From the human T2T-CHM13v2.0 reference genome, Homo sapiens: a stretch of 64,000 nucleotides of DNA. The notes beneath the pieces were generated by a model. It was not told the DNA's origin, ran no database searches, and worked only from the letters and a program-made list of their open reading frames with translations. The stretch is from NCBI RefSeq assembly GCF_009914755.1, contig NC_060947.1. One strand, given 5' to 3'. Both the position numbers and the translations under genes were made by a program. This document shows positions 59,230 through 64,000 of this stretch, one piece after another (within the stretch, counting starts at the first letter, position 1; every line of letters begins with the position of its first letter).

Positions 59230-59312
59230 AAGAAAACAGGAAAGACATAGGACAAACAAAAAAACAAATAGCAAGAAAACGGGAAAGACATAGGACAAAC
59301 AAAAAAACAAAT
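59230..59312. repeat. 40-bp near-perfect tandem duplication (period 43)
   Basis: aagaaaacRggaaagacataggacaaacaaaaaaacaaat at 59230-59269 and 59273-59312. Confidence 0.93.
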
Positions 59313-61006
59313 TCTTACAAACAACCAGTAACACCTTTGAATATAAACAGTCTAAACACCCCAATTAAAATGCAGATCATCAGGTTTGATAAAAATAGAC
59401 AAGATTTTAATGTAGGCTCTCTATAAAAATGCACTTTAATTATGAAAACACATCTTAAATTATACATTATGTAAACAATAGTTAAAAGAAGTAGAAATGG
59501 CTATTTAATATCAGAAAAATAGATTTCAGAGTAAATAATACTAATAGAGATCAAGCAAGATAGTTCATAATGTTAAAGGCATGCATTCATCAAGAGGATA
59601 TACTCATTATTCATGTTCGTGCAACTAATAAAAGAACCTTAAAATACATGAAGTAAAAACTGGTAGAACTGCAGGGAAAAGTAGAAGGATTAACAATTTT
59701 GGTTGGGAATTTCAATATTCTTTCATCAACTGATTCAACAAGTTTTGTGATCAGAGAGGACATAATAGACTGGATTGCCACTGTCAACTAACTTGACCTA
59801 ATTGACATTTATTGAACATTCCACTCAATGATAGCCGAATATGTTCTTTTCAAGTGCACATAGAGAATCTACTAAGATACACTCCATTCTGGACTATAAA
59901 ATGTTTCAATAAATTTAAAAGAATTCATGTTATAGAAAGTATTTTCAGTAACCTCAATGGAATTCAACTGTATATCAATAAGGGAAATATACCTGGAAAC
60001 ATCTCCAAATAATTAAAAACTAAATAGCACATTTTTAAATAAATTATTGGTACCAAAATAAAACATTTTGAACTGAATGGAAATGGAAAAATCAATTTGT
60101 CAGAATTTCCGTGATGCTACTAAACCAGGAAATAGGGGGAAATTTATAGTGCTTTTATTAGAAGCAATGACCTCAGTCTTAATTTATTAGAAAAGAAAAA
60201 AAAAGAAAAGAATCAAGGACCTCAGGCTTAATATTAAGCAACTGGAAGAAGAAGAACAAGTTAAACACAAAGGAATCACACGCAAAAACAATAGCGCTCA
60301 AAGCCAAAACCAGTGAAATTATAAACAGAAAAAGCAAGAGAAAATCAGTCAACCCAAAGGTTCATTGTCTTTGAAAAAAATCAGTAAAATTATAACTGAT
60401 AAATCTCTAGCCAGACATAAGAAGAGGAGATGCAACTTTGTAATATCAACAATGAGAGAAGTGACATCACTACAGATTAGAAAGACATTAAAAGAAGAAA
60501 GACGAAATATTTTGAACAACCTTATGCATATAAATTTGACAACTTTGATGAAATATACAAATTACTCGAAAAATGCAAACAACCAAAGTTCACTAAAGGA
60601 GAAATAGATAAGCTGATTAGTCCTATATCTATTAAGGAAATGGAATTCCTTGTTTAAAACCTTCCCACAAAGGAGACGGCAAGCCCATATGGCTTCACTT
60701 GTCAATTCTACTAAGTGTTTAAAGGAAATATAACACTAATTCCATAAAAAATTTTTCTGACAGTTAAAGTGGAGAGAATACTTCCCAATTCCTTCTATCA
60801 GGCCAGCATTGCCCTGACAAAGAAACTAAACAAAACTAAAAATCCAAAAGAAAAAAAGAAAACTAAAGATCAACATCCTTAATGAATATAGATATAAAAT
60901 TCTAAACAAAATTATATCAGTCAAATCCAACATGATATACATCATTTGCAAGTGATGTTTATTCTAGGATGCAAGGATGGTTTAGCTCTTTAAAATCTAT
61001 CAATAT

Positions 61007-61533
61007 TATTCAGTGCTTAAAAGAAATGATATATCAAGCCATGAAAAGACATGGAGGAAACATAAATGTGTATTACTAAGTGAAAGAAGTCAATCTGAAA
61101 ATGCTACTTACTGTATGATTTCAACTAGATGACATTCTGGAAAAAGCAAAGTAAAAAGATTAATTGTTGCCAGGGGTTGTGAGGGGTCTGGAGTTGGAGT
61201 GGGGAGGATAAACAGTTGGAACATGGAGGATTTTCAAGGCAGTGGAACTACTCTGTATGATACTATAATGGTGGAAACATTTCATTGTACATTTGTCTAA
61301 ACCCATAAAATGTACACCAAGTGTGAACCCAAATGCAAACTATGAACTTTAGCTAATAATGATGTGTCAGTGTAGGTTCATCAATTGTAACAAATGTACC
61401 ACTTTGGTGGGGGCTATTAACACGTGAGAAACGATGCATGTGTGGAGTAGACAGTATACGAAAAATCTCTGTACCTTCCTCTCAATTTTGCTGTGATCCT
61501 AAAATTGCTCTAAAAAATAAAGTCTATTAAAAC
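61007..61533 (+). mobile_element. L1MC1-like 3' end nested in the host L1M ORF2
   Basis: aagccatgaaaagacatggagg...aaaaataaagtctattaaaa; degenerate TSD aaatctatcaatat / aaatcaattaatat; host ORF2 resumes. Confidence 0.82.
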
Positions 61534-62109
61534 AAATCAATTAATATATTTTGCCATATTAAGAAAACTGAAAAAGGAAAAGCACATGATCATCATAGCA
61601 AATATAAGAAAAATATTTGACAAAATTTATCATCCGGTCCTTATAAAAATTCTTAGTAACATACAAATAGAAAAGAACTTCCACAACTTAAGATAGAACA
61701 TCCATGTAAAACCTACAGCTAACGTCATAATAATGGTGAAAAACAGAATGCTTTCCCCCTGAATATCAAAAGCAAGATATGCAATTATTAGGAAACTATT
61801 GTATTAGAAGTTAACAACACAATCTTTAATCTATCAGTTAGTAGTTCACATCTGACAGTTGAAAACAGAATAACAGCCATGCCATAGTTAAGAGAAAACA
61901 CGTAAATATTACTAATCATGATACTCCACATTTCTTTCAGACTAGAAAGTAAGAAAAAAAAAAGCCACAGGCTTACTTATAGCTTTTGATGTTTTGATGC
62001 AGCCATTAAAACATCCAATAAACTCGGTGAGAGCCATCTGTGATTTCACCTTAGCTGGCTTAGCTGCTTTTCTCCTTTCAGAAGTGCATATCCCAAAGCT
62101 GTATCTCCT

Positions 62110-62113
<4 letters not shown>

Positions 62114-62154
<41 letters not shown>
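62114..62154. repeat. (GT)n microsatellite
   Basis: Directly visible. Confidence 0.97.
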
Positions 62155-62155
<1 letters not shown>

Positions 62156-63134
62156 CGCTTGCTCTTGTTCAGTGCTTAATAACAGACTTACAAAAGCTTT
62201 TAGTATACAACTAGATTTCCTTGATCACATTATGCTAGAATTTGGGTGACCTACTCCACACACAACACAGGAAATTGATGGTAACTTGTGAAGTGAGTAG
62301 AAGTGACTGAATTTAATTTGGAAGAGTCCCCAAAAAACAATTAGTTTAGCTTGAAATTCTTATAAGGAGAGTTTTGGGTACTGTTAGGTTTCATTTTATT
62401 TGCCTATACTCCAGAAAAAAAAAAAAAACTACGTCAAAACTATTGTGATGAAAGCTAGTGATCTTTAGCACATCAAAACTTGTTCAAAATGCTTGCATCT
62501 GATCTCACACAATAGGGATATTCACACAAAATATCTGTATAGAAATCATGTTTTAAAAATTAAGAAACAAAATACATGAAGAAAGTAACTTTCGGGTGAA
62601 TCATATAGTGCATCATTATGTAACATCAAATAAGCCTTTGATATTTCCTCATTTTTCTTAGATTTTTATACACTGGCTCTATCTGTAGAAAGTAGGCTGG
62701 AAGGGAAATATTCTTATAGGACACAAATTGAAATAGTTTCTTTTAGTTGATCCCTTAAATTCTCTTAGTAATAGTCAAAGAATTATGTATGGGTTTACTT
62801 TTTAAATGGATTTACACATTTAATGAAACCATGTAAGATGAAACTAGGATATTTATCATTTGGCATCGTATTTTCATTAGTTGACAGAAAAAAATCATTT
62901 TGTAGAACTTATTTTAAAGGCATTTCATACTGTTAAAAAGGAACAGCTTTCAAAATACAAATCAAGTATATAAATCCATTAAGTGCAGTCACATCAATAC
63001 TTAGGTCAAAACCATCACATGACACATAGTACTATAAGATCATACTTAAAATCCCTCTTATCTGTAAGTCTTTATATTAACTGCTTAGAATTGCAGCTGT
63101 CTCCCTTATTTTTCTCTAAGTCTTCGTAGACATC

Positions 63135-63180
<46 letters not shown>
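63135..63180. repeat. (AT)n microsatellite
   Basis: Directly visible. Confidence 0.97.
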
Positions 63181-63182
<2 letters not shown>

Positions 63183-64000
63183 TAAATGTCAGAAGGATAG
63201 TGTTGTTTTCATATACAGTGGAAATATACTTATACTTAAAAATACATTGTTCCTATGGAAATTAATCTCTGGAGGTTTAGATTAAAGAAAAATATTATTC
63301 GGGTATGAGATGAAAGCTATATAAAATGACTAATTTTATTTCAATTTTATAATCATTCAGGGCTACATCTTTCAACCTTATCTCTAAAATATGCAAGTAG
63401 ATAGCAGGACAATACTAGAGTGCCGTGTTAATTCCCTTTGCTAATGTACTGGCAGTCAAAACTGAAAGGCTACAATTTTATGAAAGCAAGAATAAATTGC
63501 ATGTAATCCTGGCCTTTACAATGAAAGTCAAACTTAACCCTAAATGAAATTCCTAAATTTTTAGGGCCTCTTTTATCCCAAAATGCAAAGGCCAGTTTTG
63601 TCATACATGATGAATTAGATGCGCCACGTTCTTGTATTAACCTCCAAAGAAGGCAACTCTTGGTATTCTAAACATCTTTTTAAGTCAGAAGACAAGTATA
63701 TGATAATAAATCTCTGAAATTGTTATGGGCAAAATTTTCTGGTGTTCTAAAAATGCAGCCTATTTGCCAGCATCTTATAATAAATATTATAAGTAAAAAA
63801 TAATGGTAAATTTATAGTTTTGTTGCAAAGAAAGAATTATAGTAGGCTCTTACGAAAACTAAAATTTGTCTTCTAAGTTCAGATAATCGTAGGATGAAAC
63901 CGAACCTTTACCCATTTTGAAATTGCTGCATGTTTCCAAACCCATCTTGGACTTTCTATACCCTACTTCTCAGCTCTGTTTCTAGTTGCGCTGCCAGATT

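Larger units (their letters stand above)
56330..61775 (+). mobile_element. Ancient L1M (MC/MD-type) with 5' region, decayed ORF1 and ORF2, hosting several nested insertions
   Basis: ccaagatggaataagagggac 5' end; ORF1 C-terminal RILYPMKISFKTEGKIKIF near 57822; decayed EN/RT sequence to ~61775. Confidence 0.8.

Overview
Primate (most likely human) genomic DNA, AT-rich and repeat-dense. The only coding sequence I can support is a 45-nt alternative terminal exon at 976-1020 (+, TDSRTSTIEICSEI*). From memory this is the C-terminus of the short protocadherin-11 isoform. Its sixth codon is TCA, not TGA, which points to the X copy (PCDH11X, Xq21.3 X-transposed region) rather than PCDH11Y. Downstream lies a putative 3' UTR with two well-formed poly(A) sites (AATAAA at 5349 and 9357, each preceded by a TGTA cluster). 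The rest is intron of the longer isoforms, filled with Alus, L1 (a twin-primed inverted L1PA, a 3'-truncated L1PB, a nested ancient L1M), L2/MIR, ERVL/MaLR/ERV1 LTRs, an HERV-L integrase/dUTPase remnant, DNA transposons (MADE1, MER1, MER47, MER5-like) and microsatellites. Nearly all supplied ORFs are repeat-derived or chance. I found no wholly new biological system. The best leads are a poly(A)-site switch that would toggle an inverted-Alu duplex in a ~8.4-kb 3' UTR, a CpG-retaining unique segment at ~11.5-12.7 kb, and a tandem duplication doubling a MEF2-consensus site at ~37.2 kb. Repeat subfamily names come from recall of consensus sequences; boundaries of old elements are approximate.
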